Source: Rebecca billardiae RCC1528
Lineage: Eukaryota; Protista; Haptophyta
Length of the DNA: 64,000 nt
NCBI GenBank assembly: GCA_965240325.2
Contig: OZ251229.1
Location: 2,294,001 to 2,358,000 of the forward strand
Reading direction: 5' to 3'
A model generated the notes under the pieces. That model had not been told where the DNA came from, ran no database searches, and saw nothing but the letters and a program-made list of their open reading frames with translations. Numbering within the stretch: position 1 is the stretch's first letter; each line of letters opens with the position of its first letter. The translations under genes and the position numbers were made by a program. Shown here piece after piece: positions 12,401 through 24,106 of this stretch.

Positions 12401-13852
12401 TACGACCTCAACGCGCCCGCGGACGCGCTCGCGGCCGTTCCGGCGTACGGCCCTGTTTCGTCCTTCTCGCACAGGCAGCTGTCGGAGGTGCTGGTCGTCG
12501 CGCACAACGCGGCGCCGACGGCCGCGCTCGCGTGCGACGTGGGCGGGCGCCCGACGCAGGCGACCTTCGTCAACGCCACCGCCGTGCGCTGCGAGCTGCC
12601 CGAGCGGCGCGACGGCGGCACGGTCGATGTGGCTCTCACGCTCGACGGACGCGCGCGCGGCAAGCGAGCGAAATTCACATACTACGACCCGAGCGCGCCG
12701 GTGCGCGCCACGTCCGCGTCGCCGAGCTGGGCGGCGGACTGGGAAGGCGCGGGCGTGGGCGGCGCGCCAGGCGCGCCCGGCGGCGGCGGCACAGTCGTCG
12801 CGGTGCACGGCGCCGAGTTTGTGCCGTCGGAGGCGGGCCTCGCGTGTCGCTTTGCGCCCGATGCGGGCGGCGGCGGGTTTGGCGGCGGCGCGGCGCGCGG
12901 CGCGCAGGTCGAGGCGACGTTCGACTCGTGGTCGCAGGTGCTCTGCGCGACGCCCGCGTGGCCGCAGCCCGAGCAGGTGCGCCTCTGCGTCTCGGTCGAC
13001 GGCGGCGCCACCTTCTCCGCCACGTGCGCGCCCTTCTCCTTTATGGACGCGCCGCGCCTGGACGCGCTCGAGGCGGCGACCGACGCCGGCCTGGCCGGCT
13101 GCGACAAGGACGACGCGTGCAACGTCGTCGGCCGCGGGATCAACTTCCCGCCGGGGCCCGGGCTGCTGCTGCGCTTCTACGACGGCGACGAGTACGCGCG
13201 CGCCACCGCGCTCGGCGCGCGCGCGTCGCTCGTCGCCGTCGCTGAGGTCGAGGCGACACAGACGTCCACGACTTCGCTGCGCGCGCGCCTCCTGCCGTAC
13301 CCGCGCCGCGCGACGCTCGCGGTCGCGCTCGCCGTGCGCACGGGCGGCGCGGACGGGCGCTCGACGGCGGCGGGCGCGTCGCGCTGCACCTTCACGCGCT
13401 TCGACGCCGACCTGCCGCCGACCCTCGCAGCGGTCGAGCCGGCGATCACGCGCGTGAGCCCTCGGATCGGCGCGGCGCCGGGCGCGGCCGACGAGGTGCT
13501 TGTGCGCGGCGACAACTTCCCGCCGCGGCTCGGCGCGCTGCTCAAGTGCGAGTTCGGCGCGACGGCGGTGCAGGCCACCTTCGTGAGCGTCTCCGCCGTG
13601 CGCTGCGTGCCGCCGCCCATGCACGCGCCCGCCACCGTGCAGCTCAACGTGCGCGACGGCGCGCACGGCGGCTCGCCGCGCCGCGCTGAGGAGCGCGTCT
13701 CATTCACGTGGCACAACCCGACGCGGCCGCTCGAGGCGGGCTCGGCGGAGCCCGCGTTCGAGGTGCTCGGCATGCGCGCGCACGCGATCACCGTGCGCGG
13801 CTCCAACTTCGCGCCGGCGCTGCTCCCGCCCCGGCCCTCGGAGAAAGCGCTG

Positions 13853-13890
<38 letters not shown>

Positions 13891-16800
13891 GCTGCGTTGC
13901 TCATGGTGCGGAGGCGCGTCACGCACGGCGGGCACCTTCGTCTCGCACGACGTGGCGCTGTGCCAGTCGATGCAGGGCTCGTCGCCGCACTCGTGCGCGC
14001 TCTCGCTCACGCTCGCCGGCTCGCCCTTCGACGAGTCCAACTCGCCCAACGTCACCTACACCTGGTACGATCCGTACACGCCGCCGTCGCTCGAGCGCGT
14101 GCGGCCGCGCGCCGCCGACCTCAACGCTCCGGTGGACGTCGCGTTCGACGGGCGCAACCTGGCGCCGACCGACGGGCTGCGCTGCCGCTTCGGCGAGCGC
14201 GCGGGCGGCACGCTCGTGCAGGCCTCGTTCGTCGACTCGGGCCACGTGCGCTGCACCGCGCCGCACGCGAGCGTCGCGCACGCGGTCGACGTGGCTCTCA
14301 CGCTCGACGGCGGTCTCACGTGGTCGGACGACGCGCGCGGCGCGCAGCCGGTCCGCTTCGTCTTCTTCGACATGTCGCGGCTGGCGAACGTGTTCTCGGT
14401 CGAGCCGCCGTACGGGCCGCTCGGCGGCGGCTCGTCCGTCCGCGTCACCGGCGACAACTTCGCACCGCTCGGCGCGGACGTGCTGGTGTGCCACTTCGGC
14501 GAGCTGGCGGTCGGCCCTGCCTCGTTTGTCGACGAGCGCTCAGTGCTGTGCTCGCCGCCGCGCGCGCCCGCGCCGCAGGGCGTGGACGTGCGCGTCTCGA
14601 TCGACGGCGCGCACTTCGGCTCGAGCACGGCGGTGTACGCGTACTACGACCCGCTGCGCCCGCCCGAGCTCACCGCCGTCTCGCCCGCGTTCATCGACCT
14701 CGCCACCCACGACGGCGCAGACGTGCGCGTCACGCTGCGAGGCTCCAACTTTGCGCCAACCGACCGCGGCCGCTCGGCCGCGGACGACCCGCTCCGCTGC
14801 CGCTTCGGCCCGGCCGAGGCGGCGGCGGCGTACATCGACGCGGGCGCGGTGTCGTGCATCGCGCCCGCGCAGGCCTCGCCCACCATCGTCGCGGCGCGCG
14901 CCGCGACCGACGGCGCGCGCTTCTCGCAGGCGGGCGCGGACATGGTCTGGTTTGACTCGCGGCTGCCCGCCGAGATGCGCGCTCTCTCGCCCCTCGACGG
15001 CGACAAGGACGAGACGACGCTGCTCACCGTGCGCGCGGCGAACGTGGGGCCGGTCGCTGGGCTGGGCTGCGCGCTGCGCCCGCTCGAGGGCGAGGAGGGC
15101 AGCGTGCAGCCCGCGTGGGCGCCGGGCACCCTCGTCTCCGCCGAGGAGCTGCACTGCGCCGCGCCGCCGCACCCGGAGCTTGCGACGATGCGTGTGCACG
15201 TCTCGCTCGACGGCGGTCAGACGCTCTCGACCGACTCGCGCCGCTTCACGTACTTCGACCGGGACCACCTCGCGGACGCGCTGTCGATCGAGCCCGAGGC
15301 GGGGCCGCTCGCCGGGCGCACGCTGATCACGGTGCACGGCCACGACTTCGCGCCGGAGGGCGCCGCGCTGCGCTGCCTCTTTGGCGAGGGCTCGGAGCAG
15401 GGCGCCAGGAGCGTCGCGGCCACGTTTGTGGACGCGCACGCGGTGCTGTGCAGCTCGCCGCCGGCGCGCGAGCCGCGCTCGGCGCGCGTGCACGTGACGA
15501 ACGACGGGCAGCACTACGGCCACTCCGACGCGTGGTTCTCGTGGTACGACCCGTCGCGCCTCCCGGACGCGCTCAGCATCGAGCCCCGGTACGCCGACGT
15601 GCACGGCGGCGCGCGCGTCGAAGTGCATGCCCGCAACCTCGCGCCCACGGGCGACAAGCTGCGCTGCCGCTTCAGCACGCGCGACCTGAGCGTGCAGGCG
15701 ACCGTACCGGGCACGTGGGACTCGCACGCGCGCGGCGGCAACCCGGGGCTGCTGTGCGACTCGCCGCGGATCGGCCCAAGCGCCGGCGCGGGCGCGGCGC
15801 ACATGCTGAGCGCCGCGGCGGCCGCGGGCCGCGGCGACGCGGTCGACCCTCGCAAGCTCGAGCTGGTGAAGCGCGCCTCGCTCGCGCTCGTGCAGGTGAG
15901 CATCGACGGCACGTTCGCGCCGCTCGACCAGGGGGACGCGCGCGTGCTCCCGTCGGCCGACGGCCGGCCCGGCGGCGCCGCCGTCCCCTTCGACCTGTAC
16001 GACGCGTCGGTGCCGCCGATCGTCGCGCAGCTCGAGCCGGCGGCCGGCCGGTGCGGCGACGGCGGCCGGTGGGTGCGAAACCTCGCAGAGTCGGACGGCG
16101 CGGACGGCGAGGGCGGCGAGTGCGACGTCGAGCGCGGCGGGCCGGGGTGCGTGGAGGTGTCGGCGGGGACCAACCTCACCATCCTCGGCGCGAACTACGC
16201 GCCCACGCCCGAGCTGCAGTGCGCCTTCGGCGAGCACCTCGAGGTGCGCGTGCGCGCGGCGTTCATCTCGCCTGTCGAGATCCGCTGCCCGCTGCCGCTC
16301 GCGCGGCGCGCGGACGAGGGCTTCACGACGCGGCGGAGCGTGACGGTGGACGTGTCGAACGACGGCTTCACGTGGCACACGACGCGCGCGGTGTACGTGT
16401 ACAGCAAGGGCTGCCTGATGCACCCGCACACCATGTGGGCGATCATCCTCGCCGTGCTCGGCGTGCTTCTCTGCTGCCTGTTGCTCGCGTGCGCGGCCGC
16501 GCGCGTGCGCGCGCTCAACACGCGCGAGGCGAGCATGCGCGATCGGATCCGGCTGCTCGACCAGCCGGCGGACGAGAGCGCGCACGCGCTGACGCACACC
16601 GCGGAGGAGCCCGCGCTGCTTACCGAGCCCGCCGCGTGGCAGCGCCGCGGCGTGCTGCGCCTCACGCTGATGCGCGGCTCGCTGCTGCGCGCGCGGCCCG
16701 GCGCGGACGGCGTCGCGGATTACGTCGTGCGCGTGAAGGCGGGCAAGGAGCGGTTCATCTCCACGCCGAGGCGCGGCGAGGGCTCGGCGACGTGGGAGCG

Positions 16801-17288
16801 CGGCGAGGCGTTCGACGCGCGCGGCAAGCTGGGCGACTTCGTCTCCGCGCCGATCAGCTTCCGCCTCAAGGACGCCGCCGCCCTCCGCGACGACGAGGAC
16901 GCGCTGGGCGTCGGAGTGCTCGATCTCTCGGACGTACTTCTGCCCGAGGCCCTCGCGGTCGACGCGGCAGAGGAGGCGGCCCAGGCGCGCGCCGGCGCGG
17001 GCGCCAAGCTGAGCGCGGAGGAGCTGGAGGCGCGCGCCGCCGCCGTCGCGGTCGAGATCGGCGGCACGGGCGCGGAGCACGCGCTGCAGGTGCCCCTCGA
17101 TCCGCAGGGCACGCTCTTCCTCTTCGCTCGCTGGTATGATGCTGCGCTCGGCCCGCCGCCGCCCAAGCCCGGCGCCAAGGCTGCGCGCGCGCCGCCGCTG
17201 GCGCGCCCGCCGCCCGCGCCCGCGCCCGCGCCCGAGCCGCCGCGCCCGCCGTCGCCGCGCCCGGCGCCGCCGCCCGTCGTCGAGCGCG

Positions 17289-17319
<31 letters not shown>

Positions 17320-19447
17320 CACCCTCGACCTCTCGGACGCGCGGCTCGACCGCGCGGGCACGCTGTTTGTTCACGTGATGAGCGGGCACGGCCTGCTCGC
17401 CGCCGACCGCGGCGGCACGTCCGACCCGTTCGTCAAGGTGAGGCTGGCCGGGCTGCCGAAGCAGCAGACGCGCACGATCAAGAAGACGCTCGACCCGGTG
17501 TGGGACCGCGAGGGCGACGAGCTCAAGTTCGGCCCCGCGCGGCTGCGCGAGCTGCTCCACGAGCCTATGCTCCTTAAGGTGCGCGACGCGGATTTTGGAT
17601 TCACGCCGGGACACGACGACCCGTTGGGCGATGTGGAGGTCGACCTGACGCGGCCGGAGCTGCTCGGGCTGCGCGACGACCCGGCGCCGTGCCGCGTCGA
17701 GCTGCCCACGCAGGGCTGGCTGATGGTGCGCACGCGGTTCGTCCCCACGGCGCCGCCCTCGGTCGCGAGCTCGTCGCTGTCCGACTCGAGGCCGCACTCC
17801 CCGCGCTGGTCGGAGCAGAGCGACCCCGCGGACGTGACGACGGCGCAGCGCGCGGCGGACGCGGGCGCGGCGCTGCGCGCGCGCGAGGCGCTGCTCAGCG
17901 CGCCGGGCCGCGTCGAGCTCGTGGTGGAGTCGGGCTCGCAGCTGCGCGTCGGCGACGCGAAGACGTCCGACTACTTCGTGCGCCTCACCGCCGCGGCGGC
18001 GGGCGCGGCGCGGAAGCAGCGCAAGCAGACGAGCGTTCGCGAGCGCTCCGGCACCGAGCCGCACTGGAATGAAACGCTCGAGTTCTTCGGAAGCCTCGGC
18101 TCGCTCGCCGCCACGCCGCTTCGGGTGGAGCTGTTCGACAGGGACCCGCTGCGGGACGAGAAGCTGGGCGAGGGGCAGCTCTCGCTGCAGCCGCTGATGG
18201 ACGCGCTGCGCGAGGGGAAGGGCGGCGAGGGAGAGCGCTACCCGGTGCGTGTGCCGCTCGAGCCGCAGGGCGAACTCAAGCTGAGCGCCGGATGGTTCGC
18301 CGCCAGGCGCGGGAGCGGGCTGGGGCGCACGTCGCGCGAGCCGTCGCTCCCGGGGACGCCGTCGGGGCGGCTCACGCCGCAGCCCACGCCGACGGTCGGC
18401 CGAGGCGCCGCGGCGGCCGGGCCCGGCGCGGGCGGGGCTGGCTCGCGCCCGCCCGCCGCGCAGCCGCGCGCGTCGCCGCCGCCGCAGCCGCCGCCGCAGC
18501 GCCAGCCGCAGCCCTCGCCGCCGCCCCAGTCGGCGCCGACCAGCGCCGCGCGCCCCTCGCCCTCTGGCGGGCGCTACCCGGACGAGCCGCAGCCGCCGTC
18601 GGCGCAGCGGCCGCGCGAGTCGCCCACCGCCCGCCCGCCCTCGGCCTCCCGACCGCCCGCCGGCGCCCGCCCCGGGACGGACGCGGACGAGGCGACCGAG
18701 CGCGCGGTCGCGATGGCGCAGTCGGGCGCGCTGCACGTGCTCGTGCGCGGCGCGCGCGGCCTCCGCGGCGCCGCGCGCGACGGCAGCTCCGACCCGTACG
18801 TCGAGGTGCGCCCGCCTGGCGGGGCCAAGCCCGCCAAGACGAAGCACCTCAAGAAGACGCTCAGCCCCGAGTGGAACCAGGAGCTCGTCTTCAGCGGCAA
18901 GCGGGGGTGCGCGACGCGCGACGCGCGACATGCGACGGGCCGCGCGCGACGCGCGACGCGAGACTGTGTGGGCGGCAGTAGCGCCAGCGTGCCCGCCCGC
19001 GCGCGTCTCACGCGCTCGCCCGCCGCGCGGTGCGCACGCGCTCCCCGCAGGGAGCTGACCGGCGCGCTCAACGGCGCGCCCGCGGAGCTGCACGTGCTGC
19101 ACCACGAAACGTTCCCGCGGAAGCCGGACTCGCTCGGCGCGGTGCGCGCCGACCTGCAGCCGCTGCTCGTGTCCGATGAGCAGTTCCCAATGGACCTGCC
19201 CATCCCTTCGCCGAACAGCGGCACGCTCGGCATTATTGCGTGGTTCGAGCCCACGGACCCTGCGTCCAAGCCGCGGCGCACCGCCTCGTTCCCGCGGAGG
19301 CCCTCCTTCAAGCGCAAGGATGCTGCCGCGCTGGCGGCATCCCGCACCGCAGGGAGCGGCGGCGGACGTGGTGCTCCGACCGGGGGTGCGGCCGAGGGCA
19401 CCACCGCGACCCAGCAGCCGGCAGCATCGCGGCCGCAGATGGTGTAA
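6463..19447 (+). CDS. Giant type-I membrane protein (~4205 aa): signal peptide, ~30 IPT/TIG repeats, TM helix, four C2 domains with Pro-rich linkers; exons 6463-6568, 6677-6889, 7005-18906, 19051-19447
   Basis: Repeats of P.V..V.P..G...G...V.V.G.NFAPT..L.C.FG......A.FV....V.C..P.......V.VS.DG..F.....F.YYD. TM MWAIILAVLGVLLCCLLLACAA at ~16434-16500. C2 motifs include GHGLLAADRGGTSDPFVKV..KKTLDPVW..VRDAD and DGSSDPYVEV..KKTLSPEWNQ. The three GT-AG introns have consistent phases and the spliced length is divisible by 3. Confidence 0.88.
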
Positions 19448-19516
19448 ATCAGACGAGCACTAGCTTATAGCTAGCAGTCAGTACAGTCTGAGTAAGCTCG
19501 CTAGTAGCTAGCTGAC

Positions 19517-19779
<263 letters not shown>

Positions 19780-19978
19780 CGTGCTGGTGAGTATATTGGC
19801 ACAATAATCGATGATTGTGTCCGCTGGCGAGAAGAGTACGTGGCCATACCACTCGCCGCCGATCGACTTTGTCCGCTATAGCGTCGTACCAGTACACGGG
19901 CGAACCGGAACCAGTTGGCTCTCATCGAGCGGTCAACGCACCTTCGAACGCGCTTGCTGCAGCCGCTTGCCTCGCGGT

Positions 19979-20760
19979 AAAAAATTCCCCTTTAAAATAA
20001 CGAGCTCCGGGTGATCAGACTGGCGGCCGAAGCCTCCAGCCCTACCCTGGCCAGCCCCCAACCAACCACCACCCTCACCCAACCTCAAACCACTGACCGA
20101 GACACCTAGTGCCTTGACACCACTCCACTGTGGACAGCCCGCCTCCACCAGAGGGGGCGGGGGTATGCCATTGCCAGCAGCATCTGACAAGCCCAACACT
20201 GTGGGGTGGTCCCAGGTACAAGCAGTGCACTGCCTTGCAATTCGAGATCATCGAGTGTGAGCCGAGTCGGCAGACTGGGCACCCCCTAGGGTGCCCCAGT
20301 GTGGGCAGAGGGCCAGCCACTAGCCGATCCCTGCGCGGGGAAGGGGACGGCGGGGACTGTCAGTGTCAGCGAGCCCAGTAGCTGGGCAGGGGTCTGGACC
20401 ACTGGCCCTGGCTGGCCGTGAGGCGCCTGTCTGTATTTCACTCGTGCGGCTATGGAGGCAGAGGGGGTCATGTCAGACATGTGTGCGACATCGGGCATCA
20501 AGTCCGGGCGTGGGCCGCTGTAGGACGCAAGCAGAGTGGTGGTGATGGCTAATACGCCTGGGGAGGTGTCGTTTGCGCGCCTCTTCCTGCTGTTCTTTTA
20601 GGGGGTAGCGTGCTCCGCTGCGCAGGCTGAGCCTGCCTGCCAGTTGGTCACTAGGATAGGCACATTTGCCTGGCGGGGTGGGCAGTGTCGTTTGGGCGGG
20701 GGCCTGTCTTGCTGAGCTTGACTAGGAGGAGGCGGTACCCTGCGCCTCCAGCCGAGCTGG
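19979..20760 (-). mobile_element. Degenerate CpG-depleted repeat remnant, possibly the 3' end of a non-LTR retroelement
   Basis: 19979-20048 is the reverse complement of 57150-57226 (AGGGTAGGGCTGGAGGCTTCGGCCG..CTGATCACCCGG..AAAGGGGAATTTT). The adjacent 20050-20760 is visibly poor in CpG and rich in CA/TG. Confidence 0.45.
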
Positions 20761-21038
20761 CCCACTGCTGATGAAGCGCTATACCTGTTCGCGCCTAAAG
20801 CATCATGGCGGATACAAATAATCCGGCCGCCATCATTCTGGCGACGGAGCGATCAGCACCACGAGCGCTCACCATCTCCGCCATCAAGCAAGTCATACAA
20901 GCAGCAGCTTTGGATTCATCAATGACTACAAACTCGGTCGTCCAGCGCAATATTCCAGCTCATCGATTGGCTTTCGTCTACTCATCTGCTGCAGCCGATG
21001 AAGCTGCAGTATCCGCTCACCAAGGAGGCTCGCCAAGG

Positions 21039-21557
21039 CTACCGCCTCGTCAGATTCGATCGTCTCGGCTTTTCATCCGCTCCGGCTGCTTGGCGAGCCA
21101 GCCGAGCTCGATTGATCGCCACGGTGTGAATGGCAGTCGATGGCAGGCAGTGAGGGGGACGCGCGTCGCGTTGGTCAAGCTCCTTGAGGCCGTTGAAGAG
21201 CACACGCCCGTCGTGCACGTTCGACTCCCGCGAATCGGGGCGCAGCAACACACGCTCACCCTGCTTCACGCACGCACCTGCATGCGCTGCCGTCGCAATG
21301 TCATCGACTGCGCGCTTGACGGTCCCGCAGTCGAAGTGAGCACGGAGCAACGCCGATTCGATAGAATGCGCGACGGATTCTCGCCCGTCTCCGCGTAGAC
21401 AGCGAGTAGCCCGAGGTGCACGCGCGTGTTGTTGCACTGCGCGCGCATGCGGCAGCGTTTGTGCAGATTCCGGTCCACGGTTCAGCTCGTCCTTCGACTT
21501 GATGATGTCGAGGAACACGGCGCTACCCCGGCAGAGATCGTCGTCGTTGAACGTCAC
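21039..21557 (-). pseudogene. Degenerate coding-like fragment internal to the putative element end at 21910
   Basis: Protein-like stretches (TFNDDDLCRGSAVFLDIIKSKDELN; SNVHDGRVLFNGLKELD) are interspersed with apparently frameshifted segments. No family was recognised. Confidence 0.3.
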
Positions 21558-21658
21558 TCTTCTGGCCTGGGATCAGCTAGGCCTGACTGCTCAAGGGCAC
21601 GCCGCGCACGCCGGCGGCGCGTGGGCGCAAGCGCCATCATCAGCGCGCGGGCGATCGC

Positions 21659-21908
21659 GGCAACAAACCTGAATCAAAGATGCGCAAACGGCAACACAAC
21701 TGACCCACACTACGCGACGGCAATACAGCTGGACAAAGTATTGGGCCATCATCCACGGCAATACATTTGACACAAGTATTCGACGTTGGCAACAAGATTG
21801 ACACGTGATTCCCAAACATGGAAAACGGCAATACACCTGACCACGTTAGTCAAAACGTGCGTTTGGCAATACACCTGACCACACTTTCCAAAACGGCAAT
21901 ACAGCTGA

Positions 21909-21910
<2 letters not shown>
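21659..21910 (+). repeat. Array of 8 spaced direct repeats, consensus GGCAAYACANCTGAC
   Basis: Copies start at 21659, 21690, 21719, 21757, 21788, 21827, 21865 and 21895 with unrelated 14-24 nt spacers. The last copy ends in TGACA next to a (TC)n tract. Confidence 0.9.

Positions 21911-21911
<1 letters not shown>

Positions 21912-21998
<87 letters not shown>
21912..21998. repeat. (TC)n microsatellite
   Basis: Directly visible. Confidence 0.99.
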
Positions 21999-21999
<1 letters not shown>

Positions 22000-22024
22000 A
22001 GTAGTATCGCGCGTTTATTTTTGT

Positions 22025-22266
22025 GGACCTGCACTTTCGCCCTTGCTCGGGGCACAGCAGGTCCATGCGAGCCGCGCTTCAGCCTCAACGCCCTCAAGGC
22101 CGCGCTCAAGCTTTACGATCGCGGTGCAGGCTAATGGCTATGCTCTGCCACCAGCGCCGACTTTCACTTCGACTTCGTGTCGACGATGGCGGGCACTGCC
22201 GCCGACGAATCATGGGAGACCCGCGTCGTCCTACTCCTACTCCTGTGTCGTTAAATCATAGAATGA
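22025..22266 (+). repeat. Dispersed repeat (family C), second copy at 57605-57826
   Basis: Both copies run GGACCTGCAC..CTCGGGGCACAGCAGG..GGCTATGCTCTGCCACCA..GGAGACCCGCGTCGTCCTAC..CTGTGTCGTTAAATCATAGAATGA. Confidence 0.9.
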
Positions 22267-22338
22267 CGAGTAGTAGTCTAGTACACGACCTGCGGCTGCT
22301 AGTGCCTAGTTATTTAGTATATTGTTACTGCACACACT

Positions 22339-22726
22339 AAACTCGGTCTCCACCTCTATCCCTGAAAATCGATCGCCCCGGCCGGCCCCGGCCCTTTTTT
22401 TATCTATGCTACTTTGCATGACGATCAAAGATCTTTTTGAAACGTGGTTAGTGCGGCCCGCGGGCGGGCTCCACGCTGCGCGCTCCGCCCTGCACCGCGG
22501 GCCACTTCGTCAATAAAGATGATATCTGCGCTTTTTGAAACACTGTGTGCTGGTTAACAGTGCCCGGCGCCGCGGGCCGCGCGGCTCCGCGCCGCCCCGC
22601 GGCGTCGGCCCAACGCTGCGCGCTCCTGACGCCCTGCAGGCTGACTGAGACAGAGAGTGAGAGACTGAGTGAGACTCAGACTACTGAGAGTCACTGAGTC
22701 CGGCACGGGCTGCACCGCGCGGGCCA
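22339..22726 (-). mobile_element. Two degenerate 5' ends of family A (22339-22504 and ~22515-22726)
   Basis: Reverse complement of TGGCCCGCGGTGCAGGGCGGAGCGCGCAGCGTGGAGCCCG..CACGTTTCAAAAAGATCTTTGATC..GAGACCGAGTTT. The second copy is broken by many short insertions. Confidence 0.8.
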
Positions 22727-22964
22727 TAACGACGACGACACGGAGTGGGCACCGCGCCCCACTCTGAGCAGGTGCGCGCTCACGGCCAACCCGCGATTAT
22801 TATTCCGCGCCCGCGGCTAGGCCTGGCGGCAGACCCATTCTCAGCAGACAACGACTCGGTGAACGAGTCGTGCGGCGCGCAGGCTCCGCCCGTACCCTGT
22901 AGTGATGCGACTCTGATGACTCCCGCCCGGTGAGGAAGGGCACGGCAACTCCGAAGTGAACTCG

Positions 22965-23693
22965 TCAATCGTCGGCCGGCTGGGGCTGCACGCCACCCAC
23001 AGGAAAGGTGCAAAATGTGCCGTGCTTCGCCTTCACCACTTTTTGGAAGAGCTCGAAGAACTCGCGGAAAACGCGCGCGTTGACGTGGCCGTCCTGGACT
23101 TGCACGACGCGATGATCCTCTCGAGAAATTTCGATGACGTTCGTGTACGTCATGATCGATTGATTGGTAAAAGCGATGCAGTCTCCGAAGGGGCCGTCAT
23201 CTAAGGTGCCGTTAATGAAATGGTACGCGTCCTCGTCATAGGCTTCCCCGAAGATCGCCACAAACGAATCGCAGTCGCCGTCATGCTCATCAAAATCGTA
23301 AACATGCCAAGGTTGTGCAATGACGCGAAGCCCATTCGGATCATGCGATTCTTTTATGGTGGGATGAGCAGCTTCGCCGTCGTTGTTGTCGTCGTCGTCG
23401 TCGTCGAAGTGACGCTCGTCGAACGCGATGGACAAGCGAGCCATGAGGAGGCTGTAGACCGAACTCAAGCGCCTGAGCGCAGCATCGAAATGCTCTCTGG
23501 TCTCAGGTGGATGCGAGACCAGGAGCTCCAGGTACTTGTACTGCTTCCACGTGCACCACAGGAGCTTGTGGAGGCGGCTGATAACTTTGTTGTGCGCGTC
23601 GACGTACTCGGCAATGACGCGCGCTGGGTCTCCATGGATGCGCGCGTGGCGCGTGAGAAAGCAGAGCGTGTACACGAGGCTAGCCAATGCCAT
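22965..23693 (-). CDS. Hypothetical intronless protein (242 aa), acidic
   Basis: ORF from MALASLVYTLCF with normal globular composition, unlike the R/A-rich shadow ORFs. It lies divergent to the monooxygenase. Confidence 0.65.
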   Translation of the reverse strand: MALASLVYTLCFLTRHARIHGDPARVIAEYVDAHNKVISRLHKLLWCTWKQYKYLELLVSHPPETREHFDAALRRLSSVYSLLMARLSIAFDERHFDDDDDDNNDGEAAHPTIKESHDPNGLRVIAQPWHVYDFDEHDGDCDSFVAIFGEAYDEDAYHFINGTLDDGPFGDCIAFTNQSIMTYTNVIEISREDHRVVQVQDGHVNARVFREFFELFQKVVKAKHGTFCTFPVGGVQPQPADD

Positions 23694-24106
23694 GGTGCTT
23701 TGGGATGCTCGGTGGTTGGGAATCGGTGCGAGCGAGCGCGGGAGACAGGGCCACTGGCGCCCCTCGAGGTGCGCACCCGCAAATCGCGACGCGGAAATCG
23801 CGACGCGGCTCACGCTCGTGCACCCGGTCGCTTCAGCGGGCGCGGAGCGGCGGCACTTGTTCAGGATGGAGGAAATGACGGTCACCCGACGGCTCTTTGA
23901 CGAAATCGCTGAGCTCTGGGCTCTGAGTCCTGCTGCTCCGGATTCTGCGGCTGGATTTGCACAGCGCTTGCGTCCGGACATTGAACATTACTGACCCCTT
24001 GTGAGCTTCGCGCCAGACCCACCAAACCAACTGCACACTCTTGCATTGACGGCGGCGGCGCGCCGCCTCCCGACCGGCTCCCGCCCCCCAGAGTTCAGAA
24101 AGTGCG

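Noticed and set aside
6761-19404. Long alternative-frame and antisense ORFs (e.g. 14540-19105 -, 6761-9157 -)
   Set aside because: They are Arg/Ala-rich shadows expected at this GC content, overlapping a clear domain-bearing gene.
21180-21240. SNVHDGRVL resembling the Harbinger/IS5 DDE xxHDxxV motif
   Set aside because: It is a single short motif with no other catalytic motifs, which is insufficient to name a transposase.
21659-21910. CRISPR array call
   Set aside because: The repeats are only 15 bp, degenerate and non-palindromic, spacers are 14-24 nt, there are no cas genes and the context is eukaryotic. Kept as a motif array.
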